Assembly (NCBI GenBank): GCA_963779415.1
Contig: CAVZYA010000002.1
Coordinates: 1,280,001 to 1,344,000, forward strand
Source of the DNA: an uncultured Acidobacteriota bacterium
Lineage (GTDB): Bacteria > Acidobacteriota > Thermoanaerobaculia > UBA5066
Length of the DNA: 64,000 nucleotides
Reading direction: 5' to 3'
The notes beneath the pieces were generated by a model that saw only the letters and a program-made list of their open reading frames with translations, searched no databases and was not told the DNA's origin. The position numbers were made by a program, and so were the translations under genes. This document shows, one piece after another, positions 41,684-52,169 of the stretch; the first letter of the stretch is position 1, and every line of letters starts with the position of its first letter.

Positions 41684-43654
41684 GCGTCTCTCTCGTCCTC
41701 GCGGCCGCCGGCCTCTCCGGGCTGAGCGGCCTCCCGGCGCTCCTGCCGGGGCCCCTCCGGAAGAAGGGCGCGCCTTTCGCAACGCTCCTCGCCGTGACGG
41801 CTTCGGCCCTCGGCCTCGGCGGCGCGGGACTGGCGCTCGTCGCTGGCCGCGCCCCGGCGAAGCTGGTCCTTCCGTGGGGCGTCCCCGGCGGGCTCTTCGC
41901 GGCCGAGGTGGACGCCCTCTCCGCCGTCTTCCTGATCCCGCTCTTTCTCGTCTCCGGACTCGGCGCTCTCTACGGCGAGCCGTACTGGTCGCTTCGCGAG
42001 CACCCCGAAAGCGCGCCGCGGCTCCGCCTCTTCTACGGCGCGATGACGGGCGCGATGGCGCTCGTCCTCGTGGCCCGGAACGCTTTCCTCTTCCTGACCT
42101 CCTGGGAGGTGATGGCCCTCGCGGGCTTCTTCCTCGTCACGACCGAGGCGCACGAGAAGAGGGTCCGCGAGGCCGGCTGGCTCTACCTCGTCGCCACGCA
42201 CGCCGGGACGCTGCTCCTGTTCGGCCTTTTCGCCCTCCTCCGGACGGCTCACGGCTCCTTCGAGATCGCGAAGCTCCCGTCGGGCGTCGCCGCCTCGTCC
42301 GCGGGGAGCGCGATCTTCTTCCTCGCTCTCGTCGGGTTCGGCCTGAAGGCGGGCCTGATGCCGCTCCACATCTGGCTCCCCGGAGCCCACGCCGCCGCGC
42401 CGAGCCACGTCTCGGCCCTGATGTCGGGCGTCCTGATCAAGATGGGGATCTACGGCCTTCTCCGGATCACGACGCTCTTTCCCGATCCGCCACTTCTCTG
42501 GGGCGCCGTCCTCTTCGCGATGGGCCTCGCCTCGGCGGTCTTCGGGGTCGCCTTCGCCCTCGGACAGCACGACCTGAAACGCCTTCTCGCGTACCACAGC
42601 GTGGAGAACGTCGGGATCATCGCGATGGGGCTCGGGCTCGGCCTCGTCGGGCGTTCGCTCCGGCAGCCGGCGTGGGTCCTCCTCGGCTTCGGGGGCGGCC
42701 TGCTGCACGTCGTCAACCACGGCCTCTTCAAGTCGCTTCTCTTTTTCTCGGCGGGCTCGGTCGTCCACGCCACCGGGACCCGGGAGATGGACCGGCTCGG
42801 AGGACTTCTGAAGAGATTGCCGGCCACGGGCCTCGCGTTTCTCGTCGGAGCGGTGGCCATCTGCGGTCTCCCGCCGCTCAACGGCTTCGTGAGCGAATTC
42901 CTCGTCTACGTCGGCCTTCTGTCGACGCTCCCGGCCGGCGCGGGGCCCGGCTGGATCTGGGGCGCATTCGCCGTTCCCCTTCTCGCCCTCGTCGGAGCGC
43001 TGGCGCTCGCCTGTTTCGTGAAGGCTTTCGGGTCCGTATTTCTCGGCCAGCCGCGCTCGGAGGTGGCCGTCTCCGGGCACGAGCCCGCGCTCACCGTCGT
43101 TCCGATGGCGGTCCTCGCCCTGCTCTGCGCCGCCATCGGGCTCTTTCCGATCGCCGTCGTGCCGTTTCTCGAGAGGGCGGCCGCCGTCGCCGCCCCGGAG
43201 CTCGCCTCGCGCCTGCCGCAACTTTCCGCCCTCGCGCCGGTTCGCGCGCTCGGCTTCTTCGCCCTCGGCCTGACCGCCTTTTCCGCGGGGATCGGCGTCG
43301 TCCTTTTCCGGAGGACGCGGCATGCCCGCCGCGCGGCCACATGGGACTGCGGCTATGCCGCCCCGACCCCGAGAATGCAGTACACGTCGTCCTCGTTCGC
43401 GTCCTGGACGGTCGGGTTCTTCCGGTGGGCGCTCCTCCCGCGCGCGACGGCCCCCGCCCTCACGCGCCTCTTTCCTTCGTCCGAACGCTACGAGAGCCAC
43501 GTTCCCGACACGGTTCTGGACCGGTTCCTGGTGCCGTCACTGGCATTCGGGGCCCGGCTGGCGTCGTGGGGACGGCTACCTCCAGCGGGGGCTCGTCCAG
43601 ATCTACATCCTCTACATCATGCTGACGATCGTCGTCCTTCTCTTCCTCGTGTAG
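41680..43654 (+). CDS. hyfB: Hydrogenase-4 component B-like antiporter subunit (frameshift near 43575)
   Basis: FLTSWEVM, KAGLMPLHIWLPGAHAAAPSHVSALMSG, DLKRLLAYHSVEN, WDCGY; C-terminus YLQRGLVQIYILYI in another frame. Confidence 0.88.
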
Positions 43655-43658
43655 GCCG

Positions 43659-44576
43659 ATGGGAAACGTCGCCCTCCACCTCCTCGTCGTCCTCCTCGCC
43701 CCGCCGCTCCTCCTCGGAGTGATCGGGAGGACGAAGGCGGCCTTCGCGGGGCGCGCCGGACCGTCTCTCTTCCAGCCCTACCACGACCTGATCCGACTTT
43801 TCCGGAAGGGTTCGGTCCTGAGCGTGACGACGACGGGGATTTTCCTCGCGGGACCGGTCCTCGCCTTCACGGCGCCCCTCGCGGCCTCCCTCCTCGTCCC
43901 CATCGGGAGCCCGCACGCCCCGGTCTCGTTCACCGGCGACCTGATCCTCTTCGCCTACCTCTTCGCTCTTTCGCGCTTCTTCACGGCCGCGGCCGCGCTC
44001 GACACCGGCTCGGCGTTCGAGGGGATGGGGGCCGCGCGGGAGGTGAGCTTCTCCTGCCTCGCCGAGCCGGCCCTCTTCTTCGGCCTCCTGGCCGTCGCGC
44101 GGATCTCCGGGTCGCTCTCCCTCTCCTCGATGCTGGCCCACCCCTGGTCCCTCGGCTGGCTCACCTCGGGGGCCTCGCTCGTCCTCGTCGTGGCGGGGTG
44201 GTTCCTCGTTCTCCTCGCCGAGAACAGCCGGATCCCGTTCGACGACCCGAACACGCACCTCGAGCTGACGATGATCCACGAGGTGATGGTCCTCGACCAC
44301 GGCGGGCCCTCCCTCGGGCTCGTCCTCTACGGCTCGTCGATCAAGCTCTTCGTCCTCGGGGCGCTCCTGATGCGGGTCGCCATTCCCTTCGGTGCGCCGG
44401 ATCCGCGGCTCTCCGGCCTCGTCTTCTTCGCCGGCATGCTTCTCCTGGCGATTCTGATCGGCGTCGTCGAGTCGGTCATGGCGCGGGTCCGCCTCGTGGC
44501 CGTACCGCAGCTTCTCGTCACGGCGTGCCTCCTCTCGGGGCTCGGGATGCTCCTTCTCGCGAGGTCCGCGCCGTGA
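43659..44576 (+). CDS. hyfC: HyfC/HycD (NuoH-like) membrane subunit
   Basis: GPSLFQPYHDLIRLFRK, ENSRIPFDDPNTHLELTMIHE. Confidence 0.9.
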   Translation: MGNVALHLLVVLLAPPLLLGVIGRTKAAFAGRAGPSLFQPYHDLIRLFRKGSVLSVTTTGIFLAGPVLAFTAPLAASLLVPIGSPHAPVSFTGDLILFAYLFALSRFFTAAAALDTGSAFEGMGAAREVSFSCLAEPALFFGLLAVARISGSLSLSSMLAHPWSLGWLTSGASLVLVVAGWFLVLLAENSRIPFDDPNTHLELTMIHEVMVLDHGGPSLGLVLYGSSIKLFVLGALLMRVAIPFGAPDPRLSGLVFFAGMLLLAILIGVVESVMARVRLVAVPQLLVTACLLSGLGMLLLARSAP

Positions 44577-45214
44577 TGCACCCGGCCGACCTCCTCCTCG
44601 TCCTCGTCATCCTGATGAACTTCCTCGCGCTCGGGGCGAGCGGGATGCGCGTCTGCATCCGGGCGGCGGCGCTGCAGGGAGCCGTCCTCTCGGTCCTGCC
44701 GCTTCTCGTCCACCGCGATCCGGGGTGGAACGCGCTGGCGATGGCCGCCGGCGCCGCGGCGCTGAAGGGGGTCCTGATTCCCGGCCTCCTCCAGAAGGCG
44801 ATGCGGGACGTCCACGTCGCCCACGAGATCGAGCCGTACGTCGGCTTCGTCCCGTCGCTCTTCCTCGGCGCGATCGGAACGGCTCTCGCGCTCCTCTTCG
44901 CCGGCCGGCTGCCGCTCGCGCCGGAGCACGTCGGGACGCTCATCGTCCCCGCCTCGCTGGCGACGCTCTTCTCCGGATTCGTCCTGATGACGACGCGGCG
45001 CAAGGCGATCATGCAGGTCGTCGGCTACCTGATTCTCGAGAACGGCGTCTTCGTCTTCGGGCTCGTCCTGATCGAGGCGATGCCTTTTCTCGTGGAGGTG
45101 GGGGTCCTCCTCGACCTCCTCGTCGCCATCTTCATCATGGGAATCGTCCTCAACCACATCCGGCGCGAGTTCTCGTCGCTCGACACCGAGCGCCTCGCGG
45201 ACCTGAAGGACTAG
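44576..45214 (+). CDS. hyfE: HyfE-like membrane subunit
   Basis: QVVGYLILENGVF, MPFLVEVGVLLD. Confidence 0.88.
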   Translation: MHPADLLLVLVILMNFLALGASGMRVCIRAAALQGAVLSVLPLLVHRDPGWNALAMAAGAAALKGVLIPGLLQKAMRDVHVAHEIEPYVGFVPSLFLGAIGTALALLFAGRLPLAPEHVGTLIVPASLATLFSGFVLMTTRRKAIMQVVGYLILENGVFVFGLVLIEAMPFLVEVGVLLDLLVAIFIMGIVLNHIRREFSSLDTERLADLKD

Positions 45215-45217
45215 CCC

Positions 45218-46651
45218 GTGGCGCTCGCGCTGATCCTCGTCCCGCTCGCCGCGGCGGCCGTCGCCTTCCTCGTCCCGTCGGACCGCGCCCGGCCCCTCGT
45301 CCTTCCGGTCGCCGCCCTCGCTCACCTCGCCCTCACGGGCGCCGCCCTCGCGGGGCTCGGGCCCGTCGTGCGCGGGGAGTGGCTCCAGCTCGACGCCCTC
45401 GGCGGCGTGACGCTCGGCCTCGTCAGCGTCCTCTTCTTCATCTGCGCGCTCTATGCGCCCGGTTACCTCCGCCTGAGGCTGGACCGGCCGAACCGCGTCT
45501 TCTGCGCCTGCCTGCTCGTCTTTTTGTCCGCCGCCACGCTCCTCGTCCTCTCGCAGCACCTCGGCCTGATGTGGGTGGCCGTGGAGGCGACGACGCTGGC
45601 GACGGCGCCGCTCGTCTACTTCAACAGGAACGCGCGCTCCATCGAGGCGACGTGGAAGTACCTGATGATCGCGTCGGTCGGGATCGCGCTGGCGCTCCTG
45701 GGATCTCTCTTCCTGGGCTATTCGGCGTATCTCGGGGGGGGCGAGCCGTCGCTCCTCTTCGCGACCCTTCGCGAGAACGCCGGCGGCTTCTCGAGACCCT
45801 GGCTCCGGGCGGGCTTCGTCCTCCTCCTCGTCGGTTACGGCACGAAGATGGGCCTGGCGCCGCTTCACACCTGGAAGCCGGACGTCTACGGCGAGGCGCC
45901 CGGGCTCGTCGGCGCGCTCCTCGCCGGAGGGCTGACGAGCGGCGCCTTCCTCGCGCTCCTGCGCGTCTACGGAATCGTGAGCGCGGCGGGCGAAGGGGCC
46001 TTCGCGCGCGGCCTGCTCGTCGTCCTCGGGCTCCTCTCCATGGCCGTCGCCGCGGTCCTGATGATCCGCCAGCGCGACTTCAAGAGGATGCTCGCCTACT
46101 CGAGCGTCGAGCACATGGGAATCCTCGTTCTCGGCGTCGGAATCGGGGGGGCGGGGCTCGCCGGAGCCATCCTGCACGCGATCAACAACGGCCTGACGAA
46201 GACCGTCCTCTTCCTCGCGGCGGGGAACATCCACCGCGCCTACAGGAGCAAGAGCCTGGACGACGTGACGGGGGCCCTGGTGAGGCTGCCGCTCTCCGGA
46301 GGCCTTTTCCTCGCGGGATTCATCGCCATCACGGGGTCCCCGCCCTTCGGCCCGTTCGTGAGCATGTTCGCGATCCTGAATGCGGCGGTCGCTTCGCGGC
46401 GATTCGTCGTCGCCGCCCTTTACGTCGGACTCCTCGCGCTGGTCTTCCTCGGGATGGGGGCGACGGTCCTCGCCGTCGTCCAGGGGCGCCCCTCGCGGGA
46501 AGCTTCCGCGTCACCGTACCAGGACAACATCCGGAAGACCGGCCCGATCCTCCTCTCGATGGCCCTCGTCCTTCTCCTCGGCCTCTGGATTCCGGAGCCG
46601 CTCCGGAAGCTGATTGCGGGGGCCGCGGGCAGCCTGGAGGGGGGGCCGTGA
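45218..46651 (+). CDS. hyfF: HyfF-like antiporter subunit
   Basis: MWVAVEATTL, EATWKYL, GYGTKMGLAPLHTWKPD, KRMLAYSSVEH. Confidence 0.9.
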   Translation: MALALILVPLAAAAVAFLVPSDRARPLVLPVAALAHLALTGAALAGLGPVVRGEWLQLDALGGVTLGLVSVLFFICALYAPGYLRLRLDRPNRVFCACLLVFLSAATLLVLSQHLGLMWVAVEATTLATAPLVYFNRNARSIEATWKYLMIASVGIALALLGSLFLGYSAYLGGGEPSLLFATLRENAGGFSRPWLRAGFVLLLVGYGTKMGLAPLHTWKPDVYGEAPGLVGALLAGGLTSGAFLALLRVYGIVSAAGEGAFARGLLVVLGLLSMAVAAVLMIRQRDFKRMLAYSSVEHMGILVLGVGIGGAGLAGAILHAINNGLTKTVLFLAAGNIHRAYRSKSLDDVTGALVRLPLSGGLFLAGFIAITGSPPFGPFVSMFAILNAAVASRRFVVAALYVGLLALVFLGMGATVLAVVQGRPSREASASPYQDNIRKTGPILLSMALVLLLGLWIPEPLRKLIAGAAGSLEGGP

Positions 46652-48168
46652 GCTTCCTTCCGCTTCGAAACGCGACCGCGGTTCCGCTCGGGGAGATTCC
46701 CGAGAGCGACTTCGACGACTTCCGCGGAGGGGTCCTCTCGGAAGTCTCGGCCGGGCGGAGGCTCGTCTCGCTCTTCGGCGATGCGCCGCCCGGCGCGCAG
46801 CAGGTCCGGATCTTCGCGGTTCTCGCGGACGACCGTGAGGGGTGGCTCCACGTGGCGAGGACGCGGCTCTTCGGAGACGACTATCCGGCGCTCACGCCCC
46901 TCTGCCCGCAGGCGCACCTCTTCGAGCGGGAGATGGCCGAGCAGCTCGGTGTGAAGCCGCAGGGCCATCCGTGGCTGAAACCGGTGAGGTTCCGGAGTTC
47001 GTGGCGGCCGGGGCGGGACGCCTTCGGGCGCGCTCCGGGCGAGGAGCCGGTCCCCGGCGTGACGCCCTTCTTCCGCGTGGAGGGGGACGAGGTCCACGAA
47101 GTCGCCGTCGGCCCCGTCCACGCCGGTGTCATCGAGCCGGGGCACTTCCGCTTTCAGTGCCACGGCGAGCGCGTCTTCCACCTCGAGATCTCTCTCGGCT
47201 ACCAGCATCGGGGCGTCGAGGAGGCGCTGAAGGGCGGGCCGCACAAGCTGTCGGTCCACCAGGTGGAGACGGTGGCGGGCGACACGACGGTCGGTCACAC
47301 GATCGCCTACGCCCAGGCGCTCGAAGCGCTCTCGGGGAAGGCGCCGCCGGCCCGCGCGCAGGCCCTCCGGGGCGTCGCGCTGGAGTTGGAGCGCCTCGCC
47401 AACCATACCGGGGACCTCGGCGCGCTCGCGGGCGACGTCGGATATCTGCCTACGGCCTCCTACTGCGGGAGGATCCGGGGCGACTTTCTCAACATGACCG
47501 CGACGCTCTGTGGCAGCCGGTTCGGGCGCGGCCTGATCCGCCCGGGAGGCACCGGCTTCGACATGGACGACGCCGCTCTCGCCGCTCTCGCCTCGCGCCT
47601 CGCCCGGGCGGAAGAGGACGTTCGGGGAGCCGTGGAGCTTCTCTGGGCGACCCCGACGGTCGTGGCCCGATTCGAGAACACGGGGAAGGTCTCCCGGGCG
47701 ACGGCCGAGGAGATCGGACTCGTGGGCCCGGCAGCCCGGGCGACGGGCCTCGTGCGCGACGTGAGGCACGACCACCCGCACGGCATCTACCAGTACGCCC
47801 ACATCCCGGTCATGACCGCCCACTATGGCGACGTGAACTCCCGGGCCGTCGTGAGATGGCTCGAGATGCAGCAGTCGCTTCAGTTCGTCACCGAGCGGCT
47901 GGCGGCGCTTCCGAGGACCCCGATCCTCACGCCGACAGGCCCGCTCGCGAAGGAGAGCCTCGCCGTCTCCCTCGTCGAAGGGTGGCGGGGCGAGATCTGC
48001 CACGTGGCCGTGACCGGCGCCGACGGGCGCTTCGAGAGGTACAAGATCACCGATCCCTCGTTCCACAACTGGTTCGCTCTGGCCCTCGCCCTTCGCGGCG
48101 GGGAGATCTCCGACTTTCCGCTCTGCAACAAGAGCTTCAACCTCTCCTACTGCGGGCACGACCTTTGA
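46648..48168 (+). CDS. HyfG/HycE-like large subunit lacking NiFe-binding CxxC motifs (Ehr-type)
   Basis: GPVHAGVIEPGHFRF, LGYQHRG; ETVAGDTTVGH replaces RxCGxC; NKSFNLSYCGHDL replaces DPCxSC. Confidence 0.9.
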   Translation: MSFLPLRNATAVPLGEIPESDFDDFRGGVLSEVSAGRRLVSLFGDAPPGAQQVRIFAVLADDREGWLHVARTRLFGDDYPALTPLCPQAHLFEREMAEQLGVKPQGHPWLKPVRFRSSWRPGRDAFGRAPGEEPVPGVTPFFRVEGDEVHEVAVGPVHAGVIEPGHFRFQCHGERVFHLEISLGYQHRGVEEALKGGPHKLSVHQVETVAGDTTVGHTIAYAQALEALSGKAPPARAQALRGVALELERLANHTGDLGALAGDVGYLPTASYCGRIRGDFLNMTATLCGSRFGRGLIRPGGTGFDMDDAALAALASRLARAEEDVRGAVELLWATPTVVARFENTGKVSRATAEEIGLVGPAARATGLVRDVRHDHPHGIYQYAHIPVMTAHYGDVNSRAVVRWLEMQQSLQFVTERLAALPRTPILTPTGPLAKESLAVSLVEGWRGEICHVAVTGADGRFERYKITDPSFHNWFALALALRGGEISDFPLCNKSFNLSYCGHDL

Positions 48169-48178
48169 GGCGGCGCAG

Positions 48179-48967
48179 ATGCTGAAGGCACTGAGGGCGC
48201 GGCTCGCGCAGGGGCATCGGACGACCCCGTTCCCCGACGGGCCTCCGCCGGCGCTGCCCGAGCGTTTTCGGGGCCTCCCCTCGATCGACGCGGCGCGGTG
48301 TCACGAGGGATGCCGTGACTGCGCCAGCGCCTGCCCGACGGGGGCGATCTCGGTCGGAGAGGGCGGAGTCTCCCTCGACCTCGGGAAATGCCTCTTCTGT
48401 CCCGAGTGCGAGAGGGCCTGCCCCGAGAAGGCGGTCGTCTTCACCGGCGATTACCGGCTCGCGACGGGGAGACGCGAGGCGCTCGTCACGAAGGGGCGGG
48501 AGATCGAGCTGGCCGCGGCGCTCGACGGGAAGCTCCGCCGGCTCTTCGGGCGGTCGCTCAAGCTCCGCCAGGTCAGCGCGGGGGGGTGCAACGCCTGCGA
48601 ATCCGACGTCAACGTCCTCTCGACAGTCGTCTGGGACATCGGACGATTCGGAATCCAGATCGTCGCCTCGCCTCGGCACGCGGACGGCCTTCTGATCACC
48701 GGCCCGGTGACCGAGAACATGCGACTGGCTCTCAAGAAGACGTACGACGCCGTCCCCGGCCCGAAGATCGTCATCGCCGTCGGCGCCTGCGCCATCTCGG
48801 GGGGCCCCTACCTCGACCGGCCGGAGCAGCACGGCGGCGCCGCCTCGACCGTCCCGGTCGACCTCTTCATTCCCGGCTGTCCCCCTCATCCGCTGACGAT
48901 CCTCGACGGGCTCCTCCGACTCCTCGGCCGGATCGAATCGGATGGGGCGAGAAAGCCGGTAGTCTGA
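48179..48967 (+). CDS. 2x[4Fe-4S] ferredoxin fused to a NuoB/HyfI-like small subunit
   Basis: CHEGCRDCASACP, CLFCPECERACP, GGCNACE, ASPRHAD, GACAISGG, PGCPPHP. Confidence 0.9.
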   Translation: MLKALRARLAQGHRTTPFPDGPPPALPERFRGLPSIDAARCHEGCRDCASACPTGAISVGEGGVSLDLGKCLFCPECERACPEKAVVFTGDYRLATGRREALVTKGREIELAAALDGKLRRLFGRSLKLRQVSAGGCNACESDVNVLSTVVWDIGRFGIQIVASPRHADGLLITGPVTENMRLALKKTYDAVPGPKIVIAVGACAISGGPYLDRPEQHGGAASTVPVDLFIPGCPPHPLTILDGLLRLLGRIESDGARKPVV

Positions 48968-48971
48968 CGCC

Positions 48972-50177
48972 GTGAGCCCCGACCGCCGCCGGATACCTTT
49001 TCTCGCCGCACCGGTCGCGGCCGCCGGGATCCTCGCCCTCGGGCTGATTGCGGTGGCGCTCGTGGCGGCGCGAACGCTGCGCGAACGGGACGCGGCCGTT
49101 CGGGAAGGGGTCCTCGGTCGCGTGGGGCACGAGCTGGAAGCGCTTCTGAGAGAGAGCGGTCCCGAAGGGGCTGCGGCGGCGATGGAGACGTTCGTCTCCC
49201 GGCGTGGCTCGGTCCTTTCGGGAGCCGCCGTCGCGGGCCCGAACGGCATCCTCGCCAAGTGGGGCGCGACGGAAGGAGTCCCGTTCGAGATGCCGGGAAT
49301 GCTGGGACCGGAATGGCGGGGAGTCGTCCGGATGGGACCGGGGCGCGGCCCGATGGGCGGGCGCGGCGGGATGGGGCCGTCGCTCCTCGTCATCCGGCTC
49401 TACCCGGCACCGGCCTTCGGGCGTGAGACGGGGCTCGCGAACGTTCTCGCCCTCGGCTCCGTCGTGGCCGGGGCGGGGCTTCTCGGCTTCGCGCTCTTCG
49501 CCGCGCGCGGACTCGCCGAGCGACGGCGAACCGAGCTACTCGAGATCGAGCGCCAGCGGCTCGACGCGCTCGCGCTGGCCGGAGCCGGCCTCGCCCACCG
49601 GATCCGGAACCCGCTGGCCGCGATCAAGGGAACCGCGCAGCTGATGGCCGACGAACCGGCCGCGCCGGCGGGTGCACGCGCCGGGCGGATCGTCGAGGCG
49701 TCCGAACGGATCGAGGATCTCGTCGCAGAGCTCCTCCGGTTCGCCCGCCCCCCGGAGCCGGTCGCCGAGACGTTCGATCTCGGCGCTCTGGCGCGAGAGG
49801 TCGCGCGGGAAGCCGGCGGGCTTCCCGTTGAGGGAAGGGCGTCCCTCCGGGTCGTCGGGGACCAGGGGTACGCGCGGGAGATTCTGGAGGAACTGGTCGC
49901 GAACGCGCGGGCGCACGACGCCTCGGGAGAGATCACTCTTTCGGTGGAGAAGGAAGCGGGGCGGGGACTTCTCGAGGTGCGCGATCGGGGTCCGGGCCTC
50001 GGCGTCGACCCGGAGAGAGCCTTCGACCCTTACGTCACGACGCGTCCCGCCGGAACCGGGCTCGGCCTGCCGATCGTCCGGGCCCTCGCGCGGACGAGCG
50101 GCGGCGACGTGACGCTCTTTGCGCGGGAGGGGGGCGGGTGCGTGGCGCGGCTCTCTCTCCCCGCGGAGGGGCGCTGA
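48972..50177 (+). CDS. Sensor histidine kinase
   Basis: Two TMs; LAHRIRNPLAAIKG H-box; DRGPG, GTGLGL. Confidence 0.92.
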   Translation: MSPDRRRIPFLAAPVAAAGILALGLIAVALVAARTLRERDAAVREGVLGRVGHELEALLRESGPEGAAAAMETFVSRRGSVLSGAAVAGPNGILAKWGATEGVPFEMPGMLGPEWRGVVRMGPGRGPMGGRGGMGPSLLVIRLYPAPAFGRETGLANVLALGSVVAGAGLLGFALFAARGLAERRRTELLEIERQRLDALALAGAGLAHRIRNPLAAIKGTAQLMADEPAAPAGARAGRIVEASERIEDLVAELLRFARPPEPVAETFDLGALAREVAREAGGLPVEGRASLRVVGDQGYAREILEELVANARAHDASGEITLSVEKEAGRGLLEVRDRGPGLGVDPERAFDPYVTTRPAGTGLGLPIVRALARTSGGDVTLFAREGGGCVARLSLPAEGR

Positions 50178-50178
50178 G

Positions 50179-51462
50179 ATGGCAAGGGTGCTCGTCGCCG
50201 ACGATGACCCGTCTTTCCGTGCGCTCCTCCGGGACATCCTCGAGGGGGCCGGGCACGCCGTCACGGAAGCGCGCGACGGAGAGGAGGCGCTCCTCTTCCT
50301 TCGAAGGGAGTCGTTCCATCTCGTCCTCGCGGACCAGCGGATGCCGAAACGGGACGGGCTCTCGCTTCTGAAGCAGAGCCGGGCCGAAGTCTCTTCCCTT
50401 CCGCCTTTCGTCCTGCTGACGGCCTTCGGCACGATTCCCGACGCGGTGGAAGCCGTACGCCTCGGCGCGGCGGACTACCTGACGAAGCCCCTCGAATCCC
50501 CGCGGGCGCTCCTCGCCCTCGTGAACCGTCTCCTCTCCCCGGAGGCCGGCGAGGAGGAGTTCGTCACCGGCGATCCGCGCGTGAAGGAGCTTCTGGCCCT
50601 CGTGGACCGCGTGGCGCCGACGGACGTCCCCGTCCTCGTTCTCGGGGAGTCGGGGACGGGGAAGGAGCTGGTCGCGAGACGGCTTCACGCCCGTTCGCGC
50701 CGCGCGTCCGGCCCGTTCGTCGCCGTGAACGCGGCGGGTTTTCCCGAGACGCTGGCCGACAGCGAGCTTTTCGGCCACGAGAAGGGAGCTTTCACGGGCG
50801 CCGAACGGGTCCGGGCGGGGCGGTTCGAGGAGGCCTCGGGGGGGACCCTCTTCCTCGACGAGGTGGGGGAGCTGGCGCACGCACTCCAGGCGAAGCTCCT
50901 GCGCGCCCTCGAGGAGAAGACCGTCCGTCGGGTCGGAAGCGAGCGCGACCTCCCGGTCGACGTCCGCGTCGTCGCCGCGACGAACCGGGACCTCGCGCGC
51001 GAGGCCGAGCAGGGGACGTTCCGCCGGGATCTCTACTTCCGCCTCGCGGTCGTGTCGGTCGTCCTGTCGCCGCTCCGCGACCGGCCGGGCGACGTCGAGA
51101 GGCTGGCCCGGCACTTCGTGGCGCGTCTCGCCGTGCGGCACCGCGTCCCCCTTCCGGATTTGACGACCGGCGCTCTCGAAGCACTCGCCGCGCACGCATG
51201 GCCGGGAAACGTCAGGGAACTCCGAAATGTTCTCGAGAGCGCCGTCGTGATCCGCGCGGGACAGCCGATCCGCCCCGGAGATCTGCGCCTCACCCCGGCG
51301 GCGGCGCCGGCGGGCTCCTCGCTCGACGAGGAGACGCGGGGGCGCGAGGCGCTCCTCGAGGCGCTGCGCCGAACCGACGGGAACCGGGAGGAAGCGGCGC
51401 GCCTCCTCGGGATCTCGGTCCGGGCGCTCTACTACCGTCTCCGGCGCTGGGGCCTGAACTGA
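50179..51462 (+). CDS. Sigma-54-dependent NtrC-family response regulator
   Basis: REC domain; GESGTGKE, ELFGHEKGAFTGA, LFLDEVGE, WPGNVREL; Fis-type HTH. Confidence 0.95.
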   Translation: MARVLVADDDPSFRALLRDILEGAGHAVTEARDGEEALLFLRRESFHLVLADQRMPKRDGLSLLKQSRAEVSSLPPFVLLTAFGTIPDAVEAVRLGAADYLTKPLESPRALLALVNRLLSPEAGEEEFVTGDPRVKELLALVDRVAPTDVPVLVLGESGTGKELVARRLHARSRRASGPFVAVNAAGFPETLADSELFGHEKGAFTGAERVRAGRFEEASGGTLFLDEVGELAHALQAKLLRALEEKTVRRVGSERDLPVDVRVVAATNRDLAREAEQGTFRRDLYFRLAVVSVVLSPLRDRPGDVERLARHFVARLAVRHRVPLPDLTTGALEALAAHAWPGNVRELRNVLESAVVIRAGQPIRPGDLRLTPAAAPAGSSLDEETRGREALLEALRRTDGNREEAARLLGISVRALYYRLRRWGLN

Positions 51463-51499
51463 GCTGCAAGCGCTGCGCTCCTGCTGCAGAACCTGCAGC
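51463..51499 (+). promoter_or_regulatory. Tandem enhancer (UAS)-like sites TGCA-N5-TGC(G/A)
   Basis: gctgcaagcgctgcgc and gctgcagaacctgcagc, about 80-110 bp upstream of the -24/-12 element. Confidence 0.55.
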
Positions 51500-51575
51500 C
51501 GGGCACGGGGTCTTTCGGGGCGCCCTCTTTCCCCAACTCCTGAAGTCCGAGTCACTTCGCCGAACAGCCCGAATC

Positions 51576-51590
51576 TGGCCCGGGCCGTGC
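51576..51590 (+). promoter_or_regulatory. Sigma-54 -24/-12 promoter TGGC-N8-TGC
   Basis: GG(51577-78)-N10-GC(51589-90), 28 nt upstream of ATG 51619. Confidence 0.7.
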
Positions 51591-51618
51591 GTTACGTGAC
51601 GGCGTGAAGGAGGCCTCG

Positions 51619-52140
51619 ATGAAGAAACATCTGACGACCCTCACCGCTCTGATCGCCGCATTCGCTCTCGCCGGATCCCTCGCCGCCCAGCAGGGGGGCG
51701 GCCCCGGCGCCGGAAAGGGGATGATGGACGGCACCGGGCCGCTCGTCGATCCGTCAAAGGTCACGAACGTCACGGGCGACGTCGTGAAGTTCACCGGCGG
51801 CCCCGGACAGGGGATGCCGACGCTCGTCCTGAACGTCGGCGGCAAGGAAGAGTCTTACGTCCTCGGGTCGTACCGCTACCTCGTCGCGCAGAAGTTCGCG
51901 CCGGCCGCCGGCGACCGGCTCCATCTCGTCCTCTGGGCGTGCACGACCTGCCCTCAGGGGAACGTCGTAGCTGAGATCCAGAACGTCCGGTCGGGCGACG
52001 TCCTGAAGCTCCGCGCGGCCGACGGCTCGCCTCTCTTCGCGGGCCCGCACGGAGGCCGCGGGATGCACGGCCCGGGCGGACACGGGATGCAGGACGGAAC
52101 GGGCCCGAACCCGAACTGCCCCTACCGGACCGGCGGCTGA
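51619..52140 (+). CDS. Secreted Gly/Met/His-rich protein with OB-fold-like core (MamS/MamX-like by eye)
   Basis: AAGGAGG RBS, signal peptide, DGTGP motif at both ends, CTTC, LKLRAADGSPLF. Confidence 0.8.
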   Translation: MKKHLTTLTALIAAFALAGSLAAQQGGGPGAGKGMMDGTGPLVDPSKVTNVTGDVVKFTGGPGQGMPTLVLNVGGKEESYVLGSYRYLVAQKFAPAAGDRLHLVLWACTTCPQGNVVAEIQNVRSGDVLKLRAADGSPLFAGPHGGRGMHGPGGHGMQDGTGPNPNCPYRTGG

Positions 52141-52169
52141 GCTCCTCCGGACTCCTCCGGTGACACCGG

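Noticed and set aside
46648-48168. Functional group 4 NiFe hydrogenase / formate hydrogenlyase
   Set aside because: Both Ni-binding CxxC motifs are missing; no fdh or hyp genes are in the window.
51619-52140. Magnetosome gene or c-type cytochrome
   Set aside because: CTTC is followed by P, not H, and no other mam genes are present; only a generic fold resemblance.
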